NCBI GenBank assembly: GCA_001767695.1
Contig: MELR01000016.1
Coordinates: 18,680-60,898 of the forward strand
DNA length: 42,219 nucleotides
Reading direction: 5' to 3'
DNA from: Actinobacteria bacterium RBG_16_68_21
Lineage (GTDB): Bacteria > Actinomycetota > Acidimicrobiia > Spongiisociales > UBA11373
Program-made: the position numbers and the translations under genes
The notes under the pieces: model-generated
What the model saw: the letters and a program-made list of their open reading frames with translations, nothing else
The model's database searches: none
Told to the model about the DNA's origin: nothing
In this document: positions 27,545 through 37,545 of the stretch, piece by piece
Position numbering within the stretch: position 1 is the first letter of the stretch
Layout of the letters: each line of letters starts with the position of its first letter

Positions 27545-28441
27545 ATGAGCCCGTCCGACATGCCGACGCCTGAGCTGTGGCGATCCGTCGTCTGGACCCG
27601 GGGCTCCGGGTGTCGGGACCTCGCCGCGTTGCTGGCCGACGGCGAGGCCGTCCCGGTCGACGACGATCTGCGATCAGCCTGTATCGCCGAACGCGCCCGG
27701 CTGCTCGTCGCCAGAAAGCTCACATCCTTCGATCTGGTGAGTGCCGCGGTTCCCGTCGACTTCGCCGCGGCTGCGGTGGCGGGGGTGGTGGCCGCGGTCG
27801 GGCCAGGGCCGCACTCGGCCCTGGCGGCCCTCGTGGCGCAGCGTCTCGCCGATTCGATCGGAATCCCCGGGTCGCTCGTCTCGGCGTCGCCTGCCCCCGA
27901 CCAGGACGAAGCGGTCGAGGCGACCCTTGCAGAAATCGCCGCCCTGGTGCCCGATCTTCCCGCCAAGATCGTCCGTGCCTCCAGCGCTCGCCTCCTCGTG
28001 GGAACGTTCCCCCCGGGCACGTTGCTGGTGGTGGGGGCGCCCGGAGGGTCCTGGCTGCAACGACAATTCTTCGGGCCCGGGCGCAAGCTCATCGTCGGAT
28101 CTCAGGGAGGTGCGGTGGTGGTGCGTGCCGCCCCGGTGCGCTGTTTCCAGGAGATGCTCGAACCCGACGCGCTGGGAGCGGGCCTGCTGGTTCGCGAGGC
28201 GCGCCGGCTGCTCCAGGGTGATGCCGCCCCCGTGGTGGCCGACGGGCGTCTCGTCGGAGTGGTGCGTCGCTCCGCACTTCTCGAAGCCTTTCCCGAGGAT
28301 TCGATCGGGTCCATAGCCGAGGACCCGGTGTTCGTCTCCGAGGAGGACCCGGTCGAGGCCGCTCTCGAAGTGGCTGCCTTCGTCCGGCCGGTTCCGGTGG
28401 TCGATGGCTCCGGCCGGCTCACCGGAGTGATGCCCGGGTGA
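27545..28441 (+). CDS. Universal-stress-protein-like domain + CBS pair protein
   Basis: VVAAVGPGPHSALA...LLVVGAPGGSWLQRQFFGP...AVVVR (USP-like), then APVVADGRLVGVV and PVVDGSGRLTGV (CBS). Confidence 0.65.
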   Translation: MSPSDMPTPELWRSVVWTRGSGCRDLAALLADGEAVPVDDDLRSACIAERARLLVARKLTSFDLVSAAVPVDFAAAAVAGVVAAVGPGPHSALAALVAQRLADSIGIPGSLVSASPAPDQDEAVEATLAEIAALVPDLPAKIVRASSARLLVGTFPPGTLLVVGAPGGSWLQRQFFGPGRKLIVGSQGGAVVVRAAPVRCFQEMLEPDALGAGLLVREARRLLQGDAAPVVADGRLVGVVRRSALLEAFPEDSIGSIAEDPVFVSEEDPVEAALEVAAFVRPVPVVDGSGRLTGVMPG

Positions 28442-29118
28442 TATCGGAGTTGCCGCTGGGCGACCCGGTGCCGATCGCGGCCGCCCCGGAGCGTCCCGCA
28501 GCGGTACTCGCCGGGCGGGATGTGACGCTGCGGCGGCCCGACCTCGCCGACGGCGCCCCCCTGTTCGCGGCAACCCACGGCGACCTCGCCGCCGAGGCGG
28601 TCTGGGCGTACATGGGGTACGGGCCGTGGCCGACCGAGGAGGCGATGAGCCGCTGGATCGCCGGGTGTGTGGATTCGGTGGACCCCTTCTGGTACGCGGT
28701 GACGGCCACCGCCGACGGCTCGCCGCTGGGCATGGCCGCGATCATGGGTTACGACCCTGCCATGCGTCGCGCCGAGATCGGGCACATCTGGTACATCCCG
28801 GCGGCGCAACGGACCACCGCCAACACCGAGGCCGCCTACCTCATGGTCGGGGAGTGCTTCGCCCGGATGGGTTGCCGCCGGGTGGAGTGGAAATGCGACG
28901 CGCTCAATGAGCGGAGCCGGGCGGCAGCTGTGCGGCTCGGGTTCGTCTTCGAGGGGGTGTTCCGCAACCACATGATCGTCAAGGGCCGCAACCGCGACAC
29001 GGCGTGGTATGCGATGACGCCGGGGGATTGGTCGTCGGCTCGTCCCCGCCTGGAACGGTGGCTCTATGAGGCGCCCCGCCGCGATGGACGTCCCGTCGAG
29101 CCGCTCGGCGCTAGGTGA
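28438..29118 (+). CDS. GNAT acetyltransferase (RimJ/RimL-like)
   Basis: AEIGHIWY, AQRTTANTEA, RRVEWKCDALNERSRAAAVRLGFVFEGVFR, KGRNRDTAWY. Confidence 0.9.
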   Translation: MISELPLGDPVPIAAAPERPAAVLAGRDVTLRRPDLADGAPLFAATHGDLAAEAVWAYMGYGPWPTEEAMSRWIAGCVDSVDPFWYAVTATADGSPLGMAAIMGYDPAMRRAEIGHIWYIPAAQRTTANTEAAYLMVGECFARMGCRRVEWKCDALNERSRAAAVRLGFVFEGVFRNHMIVKGRNRDTAWYAMTPGDWSSARPRLERWLYEAPRRDGRPVEPLGAR

Positions 29119-29518
29119 TGCGGAAAGTCCAGACGAACCCCCCGGGGTCCGGGTTTCCCCCCGCGATCCGGTCCCATCGAATGCTGGCCTGGTGGTCGCC
29201 TGCGGTCCACTCCTCGATGGTCCTGCCCGCGCCGGGATACCACCGCCAGTCGCCGGTGGCTTCGGTGAACGAGACCTCTGCCAGGTCCACGGCCACTCCA
29301 TCCACGATCAGGTCGAGGAGCTGGTAGCCGACGGGGAGATCGATCTCGATTCCCGTCTGGCGGACCACGACGTCGCCGGGGAGGGGGAATACCCCTTCCA
29401 GGGGATCGGGCAGTTCCGCCGGGCCACCACGCGGGAAGAAGAGCACGGCGGCGGCGATCACCGCACCCAGGGTGACGATGAGGACGGCCATGAGGGTGCG
29501 GTACCGATCTCGGCCCAT
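29111..29518 (-). CDS. Hypothetical membrane-anchored protein with beta-rich (Ig-like?) domain
   Basis: MGRDRYRTLMAVLIVTLGAVIAAAVLFFP TM, then GVFPLPGDVV...FVWTFRIT. ATG 6 nt after TACTAT. Fills the gap between GNAT and dapC. Confidence 0.7.
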   Translation of the reverse strand: MGRDRYRTLMAVLIVTLGAVIAAAVLFFPRGGPAELPDPLEGVFPLPGDVVVRQTGIEIDLPVGYQLLDLIVDGVAVDLAEVSFTEATGDWRWYPGAGRTIEEWTAGDHQASIRWDRIAGGNPDPGGFVWTFRIT

Positions 29519-29569
29519 GAGGCGATAGTAGGTGTCGGCGGATTCGGCACTCCCGCTAGCGTTCCCGAC

Positions 29570-30718
29570 ATGCGAACCAATCCCGTGCTCGGCGAGCTGG
29601 GCACCTATCCGATCGCGGAGATCCAGGACACCGTTCGCCGCATGAAGGATGCCGGAGAGCGTCTCATCGACTTCTCCCTCGGCGACCCGCGCGAGCCGAC
29701 GCCGCGGTTCATCCGGGAGGCCGCCGCGGCGGCGATCCCGGAGGTCTCCCAGTACCCGACCGTTGCCGGGCTGGCGTCGCTGCGCAGTGCGATCGCCGGG
29801 TACGTGCAACGCCGGTTCGGGATCGAGGTAGATCCGGCCACGCAGGTGATCCCGACCGCCGGATCCAAAGAGGCGATCTTCAGCACCCCGTTTGCCTTCA
29901 TCGACTCGACTGCTGATCAAGCGGGGGTGTTCGCCACGCCTGGCTATCCGGTGCACGAGCGGGGCATGCGTTTCGCCGGCGCCGACGCCATCGGGATCAA
30001 GCTGCACGGCGACTTCGTGCTGCGCGCCGCCGACATCCCCGCCGAGGTGTGGCCCCGGCTCGCACTGTTGTGGACCTGCAGCCCGCAGAACCCGACCGGG
30101 GCGGTCACTCCTCGGACGGACCTGCGCGCCCTGTACGAGCGATGCCGGGAGCACGGCACTCTGCTGTTGAGCGACGAGGCATATGCCGACCTCTGGGAGG
30201 AGGAGCCACCCACATCGGCGCTCCAGGTGGCGGAGGCGGGCTCCGTCGGCTCCTTGACATATCTGTCGTGCAGCAAGCGTTCGGGGATGACCGGATATCG
30301 CAGCGGGGCGGTCGTCGGCGACGCCGAGGCGATCGCCGCACTCAAGTCAATGAGGTCATCGGCCGGGGTCGGCTCGCCGGAGTTCATCCAACAGGCGGCG
30401 ACCGCGGCGTGGAACGACGACGACCATGCGGAGGAGCGGCGGCAGATCTTCAACGCCAAGCGGGCGGTGCTGCGGTCGCGATTCGACGCCGCCGACATCC
30501 CGGTGGTGGGATCGCGCGCCGGCTTGTACCTCTGGGTGGTGGTCGACGACGACCTCGCCGCCGCCAAACGGTTGCTCGCCGAAGGCGTGGTCGTCTCGCC
30601 GGGGTCGGTATTCGGACCCGGAGGCGAGGGGCACCTTCGCCTGGCGCTCGTCCCGACCCTCGAGGAATGCGCCGAGGCGGCGGAGGTGGTGGCCGGATGC
30701 CTACGTCCCGCGAGCTGA
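29570..30718 (+). CDS. dapC: Class I/II PLP aminotransferase, probable succinyldiaminopimelate transaminase
   Basis: DFSLGDP, GSKEAIF, PGYPVH, SPQNPTG, SDEAY, SCSKRSGMTGYRSG. Directly upstream of dapD-dapE. Confidence 0.82.
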   Translation: MRTNPVLGELGTYPIAEIQDTVRRMKDAGERLIDFSLGDPREPTPRFIREAAAAAIPEVSQYPTVAGLASLRSAIAGYVQRRFGIEVDPATQVIPTAGSKEAIFSTPFAFIDSTADQAGVFATPGYPVHERGMRFAGADAIGIKLHGDFVLRAADIPAEVWPRLALLWTCSPQNPTGAVTPRTDLRALYERCREHGTLLLSDEAYADLWEEEPPTSALQVAEAGSVGSLTYLSCSKRSGMTGYRSGAVVGDAEAIAALKSMRSSAGVGSPEFIQQAATAAWNDDDHAEERRQIFNAKRAVLRSRFDAADIPVVGSRAGLYLWVVVDDDLAAAKRLLAEGVVVSPGSVFGPGGEGHLRLALVPTLEECAEAAEVVAGCLRPAS

Positions 30719-31506
30719 TCGAGGCGGCCTTCGTCGACCTGGACCGGCTCGACAAGGCCCGCGCCGCGATCGAGGAGACCATCGCCGCGCTCGATCGGGG
30801 CGAGATCCGGGTCGCCGAGAAGGTGGACGGCACCTGGGCGGTCAACGAGTGGGTCAAGCAGGCGATCCTGCTCTACTTCCGCCTCGCCGGCCTGGAGACG
30901 TGGCATGCCGGACCGCTCGAGTTCCACGACAAGATCCCCACCAAGCAGGGCCTGGCGGCGGCCGGGGTTCGGGTGGTGCCGCCGGGAACGGTCCGGTACG
31001 GGGCCTTCTGCGAGCCGGGAGTCGTCGTGATGCCCGGCTACATCAACATCGGCGCCTGGGTCGGATCGGGAACCCTGGTGGACACCTGGGCGACCGTGGG
31101 GTCCTGCGCCCAGATCGGACGCGACGTGCACCTCTCCGGCGGGGTGGGGATCGGGGGAGTGCTCGAACCGCCCGGGGCGCTGCCGGTGATCGTCGAGGAC
31201 GGCGCGTTCATCGGCAGCCGGTGCATCCTCGTGGAGGGGGTGCTGGTGGAGGAGGGTGCGGTCCTCGGGGCGAACACCACGATCACCTCGTCCACGCCGA
31301 TCATCGACGTCACCGGACCGGAACCGGTCGAGTACCGGGGGCGGGTGCCGGCCAACTCGGTGGTGATTCCGGGGACCCGGCCCAAGGTGTTCCCCTCGGG
31401 CACGTTCGAGCTGCAGTGCGCCCTCATCGTCGGGCAGCGGTCTGCCTCGACGGACCGCAAGACTTCCCTGAACGAGGCTCTGCGGGTGTTCGGGGTGCAG
31501 GCGTGA
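30697..31506 (+). CDS. dapD: Tetrahydrodipicolinate N-succinyltransferase
   Basis: LDRGEIRVAE, WVKQAILLYF, DKIPTK, NIGAWVGSGTLVDTWATVGSCAQIG, HLSGGVGIGGVLEP. Confidence 0.96.
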   Translation: MPTSRELIEAAFVDLDRLDKARAAIEETIAALDRGEIRVAEKVDGTWAVNEWVKQAILLYFRLAGLETWHAGPLEFHDKIPTKQGLAAAGVRVVPPGTVRYGAFCEPGVVVMPGYINIGAWVGSGTLVDTWATVGSCAQIGRDVHLSGGVGIGGVLEPPGALPVIVEDGAFIGSRCILVEGVLVEEGAVLGANTTITSSTPIIDVTGPEPVEYRGRVPANSVVIPGTRPKVFPSGTFELQCALIVGQRSASTDRKTSLNEALRVFGVQA

Positions 31507-32534
31507 GCCTGGTCGACGACCTCGTCTGGCTGGTGGACATCCCCTCGCCGACCGGAGCCGAGGAGGCGATCCGCGACGCCATCGCCGCCCGGCTCTCCCA
31601 TCTCGAGCCGCGGACGATCGGGAACTCGGTGGTGGTCGGCCGTCGCACCGGCAAGCCCCTCATCGCCGTGTACGGCCACCTGGACACGGTCCCCTCACAG
31701 GGCAACCTGCCGGGCCGGGTCGCCGACGGGCGGGCGTTCGGACTCGGCGCCTCCGACATGAAGGGGGGGCTGGCGGTGATGATCGCCCTCCTCGAGGATC
31801 CCGATGTCGCCGCCGGGACCTTCGACGTGTTGGGGGTGTTCTACGACGGCGAGGAGGGGCCCGCCGAAGGCAACGGGCTGGAGGCGGTCCTCGACCGGTC
31901 ACCCGACCTGCTCGAGGCCGAGCTCTCGATCGTCATGGAACCCACCGACGGCGAGTTGCAGCTTGGCTGTCAGGGTGTCATCAACGCCACGGTCGAGTTC
32001 CACGGCGAGGCCGCCCACAGCGCCCGTCCCTGGCTCGGAGAGAACGCGGTGACCAAGGCCGGTGCCTGGCTGGCGGAGATGCACGGGCGGGGCTGGCGCG
32101 ACGTCGACGTGGCCGGGCTCACCTTCAAGGAGACCTTCGTCGTCACCACCGCCGCCGGGGGAGTCGCCCGGAACGTCATCCCCGCCCGGTTCGCACTCAA
32201 CCTCAACCATCGGTTCCCTCCGGATCGAACCCTGGACGAGGCAGAGGCGATGGTGCGCGAGATGTGCGCCCCCGCCGACCTCGTGGAGATCGTCGACCGC
32301 GCACCGGCCGCTCCGATCCCCGAGGGCAATCCCCACCTGGAGCGGCTGCGCGGCCTGGTCGGCGTGGTGTCGGCCAAGACCGCGTGGACCGACGTCGCCC
32401 GTCTCACCGGGCGCGGCCTGGCCGCGGTCAACTTCGGCCCCGGCGAGGTGGCGCAGGCACATCGTGCCGACGAGAGCGCCCCGATCGAGGGGATGGAGCG
32501 CGCCCTGGGGGTGATGCGGGGGTTCCTGAGCTAG
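31503..32534 (+). CDS. dapE: Succinyl-diaminopimelate desuccinylase (M20)
   Basis: GHLDTVP, GLGASDMKGG, FYDGEE, MEPT, GCQG, AHSARPWLGENA, WTDVARL, NFGPG...AH. Confidence 0.92.
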   Translation: MSLVDDLVWLVDIPSPTGAEEAIRDAIAARLSHLEPRTIGNSVVVGRRTGKPLIAVYGHLDTVPSQGNLPGRVADGRAFGLGASDMKGGLAVMIALLEDPDVAAGTFDVLGVFYDGEEGPAEGNGLEAVLDRSPDLLEAELSIVMEPTDGELQLGCQGVINATVEFHGEAAHSARPWLGENAVTKAGAWLAEMHGRGWRDVDVAGLTFKETFVVTTAAGGVARNVIPARFALNLNHRFPPDRTLDEAEAMVREMCAPADLVEIVDRAPAAPIPEGNPHLERLRGLVGVVSAKTAWTDVARLTGRGLAAVNFGPGEVAQAHRADESAPIEGMERALGVMRGFLS

Positions 32535-32603
32535 TTCGGTCGCTTTCGCCCTCGGGCCGACCGGCCCGGCTCCGGCCACCCGGCGACTCTCTACCATCAG
32601 CAA

Positions 32604-32891
32604 ATGCCCGTTGAGATCGACATCGCCAAGGTGGCGCGCCTCGCCCGGATCGGCCTGACCGAAGAGGAACTCGCCCACTACGGCGAACAGCTCCAGGGAA
32701 TCCTCGAGCACGCCGCCCGGGTACAGGCTCTGGCCACCGACGGCGTCGTCCCCACCGCCCATCCACTGCCGATGGTCAACGCGCTCCGTGCCGACTTGGT
32801 CGAGCCGACCCTCGACCGCGAGGAGGTGCTCGCCCAGGCGCCCGATCGCGAGGGCCCCTACTTCCGCGTTCCCCCGTTCCTGGAGGACTGA
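32604..32891 (+). CDS. gatC: Asp/Glu-tRNA amidotransferase subunit C
   Basis: VARLARIGL...PTAHP...LRAD...QAP...FRVP. First gene of gatCAB. Confidence 0.95.
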   Translation: MPVEIDIAKVARLARIGLTEEELAHYGEQLQGILEHAARVQALATDGVVPTAHPLPMVNALRADLVEPTLDREEVLAQAPDREGPYFRVPPFLED

Positions 32892-34367
32892 GTGGATCCC
32901 GCCGACCTCTCGATTGCCGACGCGGCCGAGCGCCTGCGTGCCGGTGAGGTGACCGCCGTCGAGTTGCTCGCGGCGGTGCAGCGGCGGGCCTCGATGACCG
33001 AGGCGATCCTCCACTGCTATCTGACCATCGACCGCGACGGCGCCGCCGCCGCGGCCGAGGCCGCCGATGCCGCGCTCGCCCGCGGTGAGGACCTCGGGCC
33101 TCTCCACGGCATTCCCATCGCCGTCAAGGACAACATGGTGACCCGGGGTGTGGAGACGACGTGCTCGTCGCGCATACTCTCCGGGTGGGTTCCCCCGTAC
33201 GACGCCACCGCGGTCGAGCGGTTGCGACGCGGCGGCGCGGTGATCTTCGGCAAGACCAACCTCGACGAGTTCGCCATGGGCTCGTCCACGGAGAACTCGG
33301 CATACGGCCCGACCCGCAACCCGTGGAATCCCGATCGCGTGCCGGGCGGGTCGAGCGGCGGCTCGGCGGCGACGGTGGCGGTGGGCTCGGCGTTCGGCGC
33401 TCTCGGCTCCGATACCGGGGGTTCGATCCGCCAGCCGGCGGCGTTGTGCGGTGTCGTCGGCATGAAACCCACCTACGGGTTGGTGAGCCGCTACGGGCTG
33501 ATCGCCTTCGCCTCATCACTGGATCAGATTGGCCCGATCACCCGCACCGTGGCCGACGCGGTCACTTTGTTCGAGGTGGTTGCCGGTCACGATCCATCTG
33601 ACGCCACGTCGTATCGAGGGGAATTCCCCGATCCCCGCGCCGAGTCGGGGCGCGGGGTCGCCGGCCTGAAGATCGGTGTGGTCCGCGAGCTGTCGGGAGA
33701 CGGCATCGATCCCGGAGTCTTGAGCGCCTTCCGCGCCACCCTCGATGCCCTTGCCGCCGCGGGGGCGGAGGTCACCGAAGTGTCGTTGCCGTCGACCGAG
33801 TACGCCTTGAGTGCCTACTACCTGATCGCGCCGGCGGAGTGCTCGGCGAACCTGGCGCGCTTCGACGGCGTGCGCTTCGGCCTGCGGCTTCCCGGCGATT
33901 CGGTCGAACAGCTGATGTCGGCTTCCCGGCGCGATGGTTTCGGTCCCGAGGTCACCCGGCGCATCCTGCTCGGCACGTATGCCCTGTCGGCCGGGTACTA
34001 CGACGCCTTCTACGGACAGGCGCAGAAGGTGCGGACCATGGTGATCGAGGACTTCTCGCGGGCCTACCGCGACGTCGATGTGCTCGTCACCCCCACCAGT
34101 CCGTCCACCGCCTTCGGTGTCGGGGAGAAGACCGCCGATCCGCTGTCGATGTACCTCAGCGACATCTGCACCATTCCGAGCAACCTCTCGGGCGATCCGG
34201 CGATCTCGGTGCCGGTCGGACTCGACGGTGCCGACCTGCCCGTCGGCTTTCAGATCCTGGCGCCGGCACTGCACGAGGCGGTCATGTTCCGGGTGGCGGA
34301 GGAGGTGGAGAGACTCGTCGGGTTCTCTTCCCGCCCGGCGCTGGCCACGTCGGAGGGAGCGGCATGA
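32892..34367 (+). CDS. gatA: Asp/Glu-tRNA amidotransferase subunit A
   Basis: [63 protein letters not shown]. Confidence 0.97.
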   Translation: MDPADLSIADAAERLRAGEVTAVELLAAVQRRASMTEAILHCYLTIDRDGAAAAAEAADAALARGEDLGPLHGIPIAVKDNMVTRGVETTCSSRILSGWVPPYDATAVERLRRGGAVIFGKTNLDEFAMGSSTENSAYGPTRNPWNPDRVPGGSSGGSAATVAVGSAFGALGSDTGGSIRQPAALCGVVGMKPTYGLVSRYGLIAFASSLDQIGPITRTVADAVTLFEVVAGHDPSDATSYRGEFPDPRAESGRGVAGLKIGVVRELSGDGIDPGVLSAFRATLDALAAAGAEVTEVSLPSTEYALSAYYLIAPAECSANLARFDGVRFGLRLPGDSVEQLMSASRRDGFGPEVTRRILLGTYALSAGYYDAFYGQAQKVRTMVIEDFSRAYRDVDVLVTPTSPSTAFGVGEKTADPLSMYLSDICTIPSNLSGDPAISVPVGLDGADLPVGFQILAPALHEAVMFRVAEEVERLVGFSSRPALATSEGAA

Positions 34368-35806
34368 ATTACGAGGCGGTCATCGGCATCGAGACCCATG
34401 TCGAGCTGCTCACCCACTCGAAGATGTTCTGTGGATGCCCGACCGACTTCGGCGCCGATCCCAACACCAACGTATGCCCGGTGTGTCTCGGCCTTCCCGG
34501 CGCCCTCCCCGTGCCGAACGAGCAGGCGATCCACTGGACGATCGCTCTCGGCATGGCGCTCGAGTGCTCGATAGCGCCCCACTCGGTGTTCCACCGCAAG
34601 AACTACTTCTACGCCGATCTACCCAAGAACTATCAGATCTCCCAGTTCGATCTCCCACTGTGCGTCGGTGGGCATCTCGACGTGGATGGGGGAACGGGGG
34701 AGCGGCGAGTGGGGATCACCCGGGTGCATCTCGAGGAGGACACCGGCAAGAGCACTCATCTCGGGGGAAGCGGCCGGATCCACGACGCCTCGGGTGCCCT
34801 CATCGACTTCAACCGGTCGGGGATCCCGCTCATGGAGGTGGTCACCGAACCGGACATTCGCACCCCGGAGGAGGCCCGGGCCTACGCCCAGGAACTGCGG
34901 GCGATCGTCCTCGCCCTGGGAATCTCCGACGCCCGTCTCGAGGAGGGCAGTCTTCGCTTCGACGCCAATGTCTCGCTTCGGCCGGAGGGGTCGACGACGC
35001 TGGGCACCAAGGTCGAGGTGAAGAACATGAACTCGCTCCGTTCCCTGCAGCGGGCGCTGGCGTTCGAGATCGACCGCCAGAACGGGGTGCTCGCCGCCGG
35101 CGGGACGATCGCTCAGGAGACCCGCCACTGGGACGAGGCCGCCGGCCGCACCGAGTCCGGTCGCGGGAAGGAGGAATCGAGCGACTACCGCTACTTCCCG
35201 GAACCGGATCTGGTGCCGCTGGAAGTCGGTCCGGAGTTGCTCGCGCGGCTTCGCGCCGGCATCCCCGAGCTCCCCGCGGTGCGGCGAGAGCGCTACATGG
35301 CGGCGGGACTCGACGCGACCGCGGCGCGAACCCTGGTGGCGGGAGATCTGTCCGGATTGTTCGACGACGCCGTCGCCGCCGGGGCGGCACCCCGCGCCGT
35401 CGCCAACTGGTTGAGCGGCGAGGTGACTGCTCACCTCAACCGGACCGGCACCGATGCCGCGGATCTCACGCTCGACGGCGCCGGGCTCGCCGAACTGGTG
35501 GAGATGGTCGACAGCGGGGAGGTGTCGGCGACGGCAGCCAAGGACGTCCTCGCCGGGGTGCTCGCCGGCGAGGGGACCCCCCGGAAGGTTGCCGAGCGGC
35601 GCGATCTGCTGCAGATCTCCGACGTGGGAGCGTTGGTGGTTGCGGTCGACGAGGCGCTCGCCGCCCATCAGGACGAGGTCGCCAGGATCCGGGGCGGAGA
35701 TGCCCGGCTGGTCGGGTTTCTGGTCGGGCAGGTGATGAAGGCGACCGGGGGCAGGGCGGATCCGCAGGCGGTCGACCGTCTCATCCGGGAGCGAACCGGA
35801 GCGTGA
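34364..35806 (+). CDS. gatB: Asp/Glu-tRNA amidotransferase subunit B
   Basis: [63 protein letters not shown]. Confidence 0.97.
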   Translation: MNYEAVIGIETHVELLTHSKMFCGCPTDFGADPNTNVCPVCLGLPGALPVPNEQAIHWTIALGMALECSIAPHSVFHRKNYFYADLPKNYQISQFDLPLCVGGHLDVDGGTGERRVGITRVHLEEDTGKSTHLGGSGRIHDASGALIDFNRSGIPLMEVVTEPDIRTPEEARAYAQELRAIVLALGISDARLEEGSLRFDANVSLRPEGSTTLGTKVEVKNMNSLRSLQRALAFEIDRQNGVLAAGGTIAQETRHWDEAAGRTESGRGKEESSDYRYFPEPDLVPLEVGPELLARLRAGIPELPAVRRERYMAAGLDATAARTLVAGDLSGLFDDAVAAGAAPRAVANWLSGEVTAHLNRTGTDAADLTLDGAGLAELVEMVDSGEVSATAAKDVLAGVLAGEGTPRKVAERRDLLQISDVGALVVAVDEALAAHQDEVARIRGGDARLVGFLVGQVMKATGGRADPQAVDRLIRERTGA

Positions 35807-36474
35807 TCCCGGCGGCGGTCGTATTCGACTGCGATGGGGTGCTCGTCGACTCGGAGCCCCACTCGATCGCCGCCTGGCTCGAGGTGCTCGGCGGCTGGGG
35901 ACACCCGGCGACCGGGGCCGATGTCGCCGGATGCATCGGGCTGGGTTTCGTCCCGACCCACGAAGCGCTGAGTGTGGTGGCCCCGCTCCCGTCTCCCGAC
36001 ATCGTGTGGCCCACGTTGCTCGCCGCCCTCGAGCGTTCTTTCCGGGGCGGCCTGGAGGTCTTCGACGACGCGGTGGCTGTGGTCGACGAGTGTATGGCGC
36101 GCCGGGTGCCGATGGCGGTGGTGTCGGCGAGCCCCCGCGCCCGCCTCGATCTCACTCTCGCCGCCGCCGGGCTGGCCGGGCGGTTCGGCGTCTCCGTCGC
36201 CGGGGACGAGGTTCCGCACCCGAAACCGGCTCCCGACGGCTACCTGGCTGCGGCCGTCGGACTGGGGATGGCGGCCGGGGCCTGCGTGGCGGTGGAGGAC
36301 AGTCCGGCGGGGGTTCGATCCGCCGCTGCCGCCGGCATGCGCGTGGTGGCGGTGGTTCGGCCCGGGGCCGACGGGGAGTCTCTCGAGGCCGCCGGGGCGA
36401 CGGTCGTGGCGCAGCTCACGTCCGAACTGGTGCTCGGATTCGGTGCCGGGCACGGCGAGTCGGGTAGCCGGTAA
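35803..36474 (+). CDS. HAD-superfamily phosphatase
   Basis: VFDCDGVLVDSE (motif I), VVSAS, KPAPDGY, VEDSPAG. GTGA overlap with gatB. Confidence 0.92.
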   Translation: MIPAAVVFDCDGVLVDSEPHSIAAWLEVLGGWGHPATGADVAGCIGLGFVPTHEALSVVAPLPSPDIVWPTLLAALERSFRGGLEVFDDAVAVVDECMARRVPMAVVSASPRARLDLTLAAAGLAGRFGVSVAGDEVPHPKPAPDGYLAAAVGLGMAAGACVAVEDSPAGVRSAAAAGMRVVAVVRPGADGESLEAAGATVVAQLTSELVLGFGAGHGESGSR

Positions 36475-36484
36475 CTTCCTGCTG

Positions 36485-37465
36485 ATGCACTACTTCGTGA
36501 CCGGGGCCACGGGTTTCCTCGGCGGGCACCTCACGGTGCGGCTTCTCGACGTCGGCCACCAGGTCACCGCTCTGGTGACCGACCGCGACGAAGCGCGGGA
36601 GATCGCCGCATACGGGGTGCGTCCCCACGTCGGCAGCGTCGTCGAAAAGGAGACCGTGCGGCGGGGCATGCGAGGCGCCGATGGAGTGTTTCACATCGCC
36701 GGCAGCAGGCTCGGCTTCTTGGATCGAGCAACCGCCGAGGCCGTCAACGTGGATGGCACCCGTAACGTGCTCGAGCTGGTGCGCGAGCTCGGGATCCCCA
36801 AGGTGATCCACACGAGCACGCTCTCGGTGTACTCCGACACGCACGGGGAAGTCGTCGACGAGTCGTACCGTTTCACCGGGAAGCACCTCACCGACTATGA
36901 CCGGATGCGGGCCCGGGCGCATTACGAGGTGGCCCTCCCGATGATGCAGGCGGGCGTGCCCGGGGTCATCCTGCTTCCCGGAGCGATGTACGGCCCTCAC
37001 GACAACAGCGTGATGGCCGGGCTATTGGGTCGATTCCTCCTCGGCCACGTGCACGTGGTCGCCGCCGCCACCGCCTACTGCTGGGCGCACGTCTCCGATG
37101 TCGCCCAGGCTCACGTGCTCGCCATGGAGTTCGGCCGGCCGGGAGAGCAGTACATCGTGGGTGGCGCCCCCCACACCGTGCGGGCAGTACTCGCCGAGGC
37201 AGGGAAGCTCGTCGGCAGGACGCGGTTCCCGGTCCCCGTGCCGTCGTGGCTGGTGCGGCCGATCGCCTCGGTGGTGCGCGCCGGGGCAACGATCGTCCCG
37301 GCGTGGCGGCCCGCTGCGCATCGGCTGCGGGTCGCCACCGGCGTCACGTATCTCGGGGACGACGCCAAGGCGCGCGCCGAACTCGGCTTCGCCCCCCGTC
37401 CTCTGGCGGAGGGGCTTCCCGACGCGGTGGAGTGGCTGCTGCGGGATATGTTCGAGGCGGCTTAG
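36485..37465 (+). CDS. NAD-dependent epimerase/dehydratase (extended/atypical SDR)
   Basis: FVTGATGFLG, VFHIAG, NVDGTRNV, HTST, HVSDVAQAH. Confidence 0.88.
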   Translation: MHYFVTGATGFLGGHLTVRLLDVGHQVTALVTDRDEAREIAAYGVRPHVGSVVEKETVRRGMRGADGVFHIAGSRLGFLDRATAEAVNVDGTRNVLELVRELGIPKVIHTSTLSVYSDTHGEVVDESYRFTGKHLTDYDRMRARAHYEVALPMMQAGVPGVILLPGAMYGPHDNSVMAGLLGRFLLGHVHVVAAATAYCWAHVSDVAQAHVLAMEFGRPGEQYIVGGAPHTVRAVLAEAGKLVGRTRFPVPVPSWLVRPIASVVRAGATIVPAWRPAAHRLRVATGVTYLGDDAKARAELGFAPRPLAEGLPDAVEWLLRDMFEAA

Positions 37466-37545
37466 GCGGCCAGTCGTCGTCGATGGTTGGCCAATTGCGT
37501 ATCGACCGGCCCCACGCGCTAGAAATGCCCGCACAGGAGGTCCAC

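Noticed and set aside
29066-37545. Apparent long N-terminal extensions or fusions on dapC, dapD, dapE, gatB, HAD, SDR and pepN ORFs
   Set aside because: Open-frame run-through over the upstream gene. Better starts are marked by ATGA/GTGA overlaps, SD sequences or -10 boxes.
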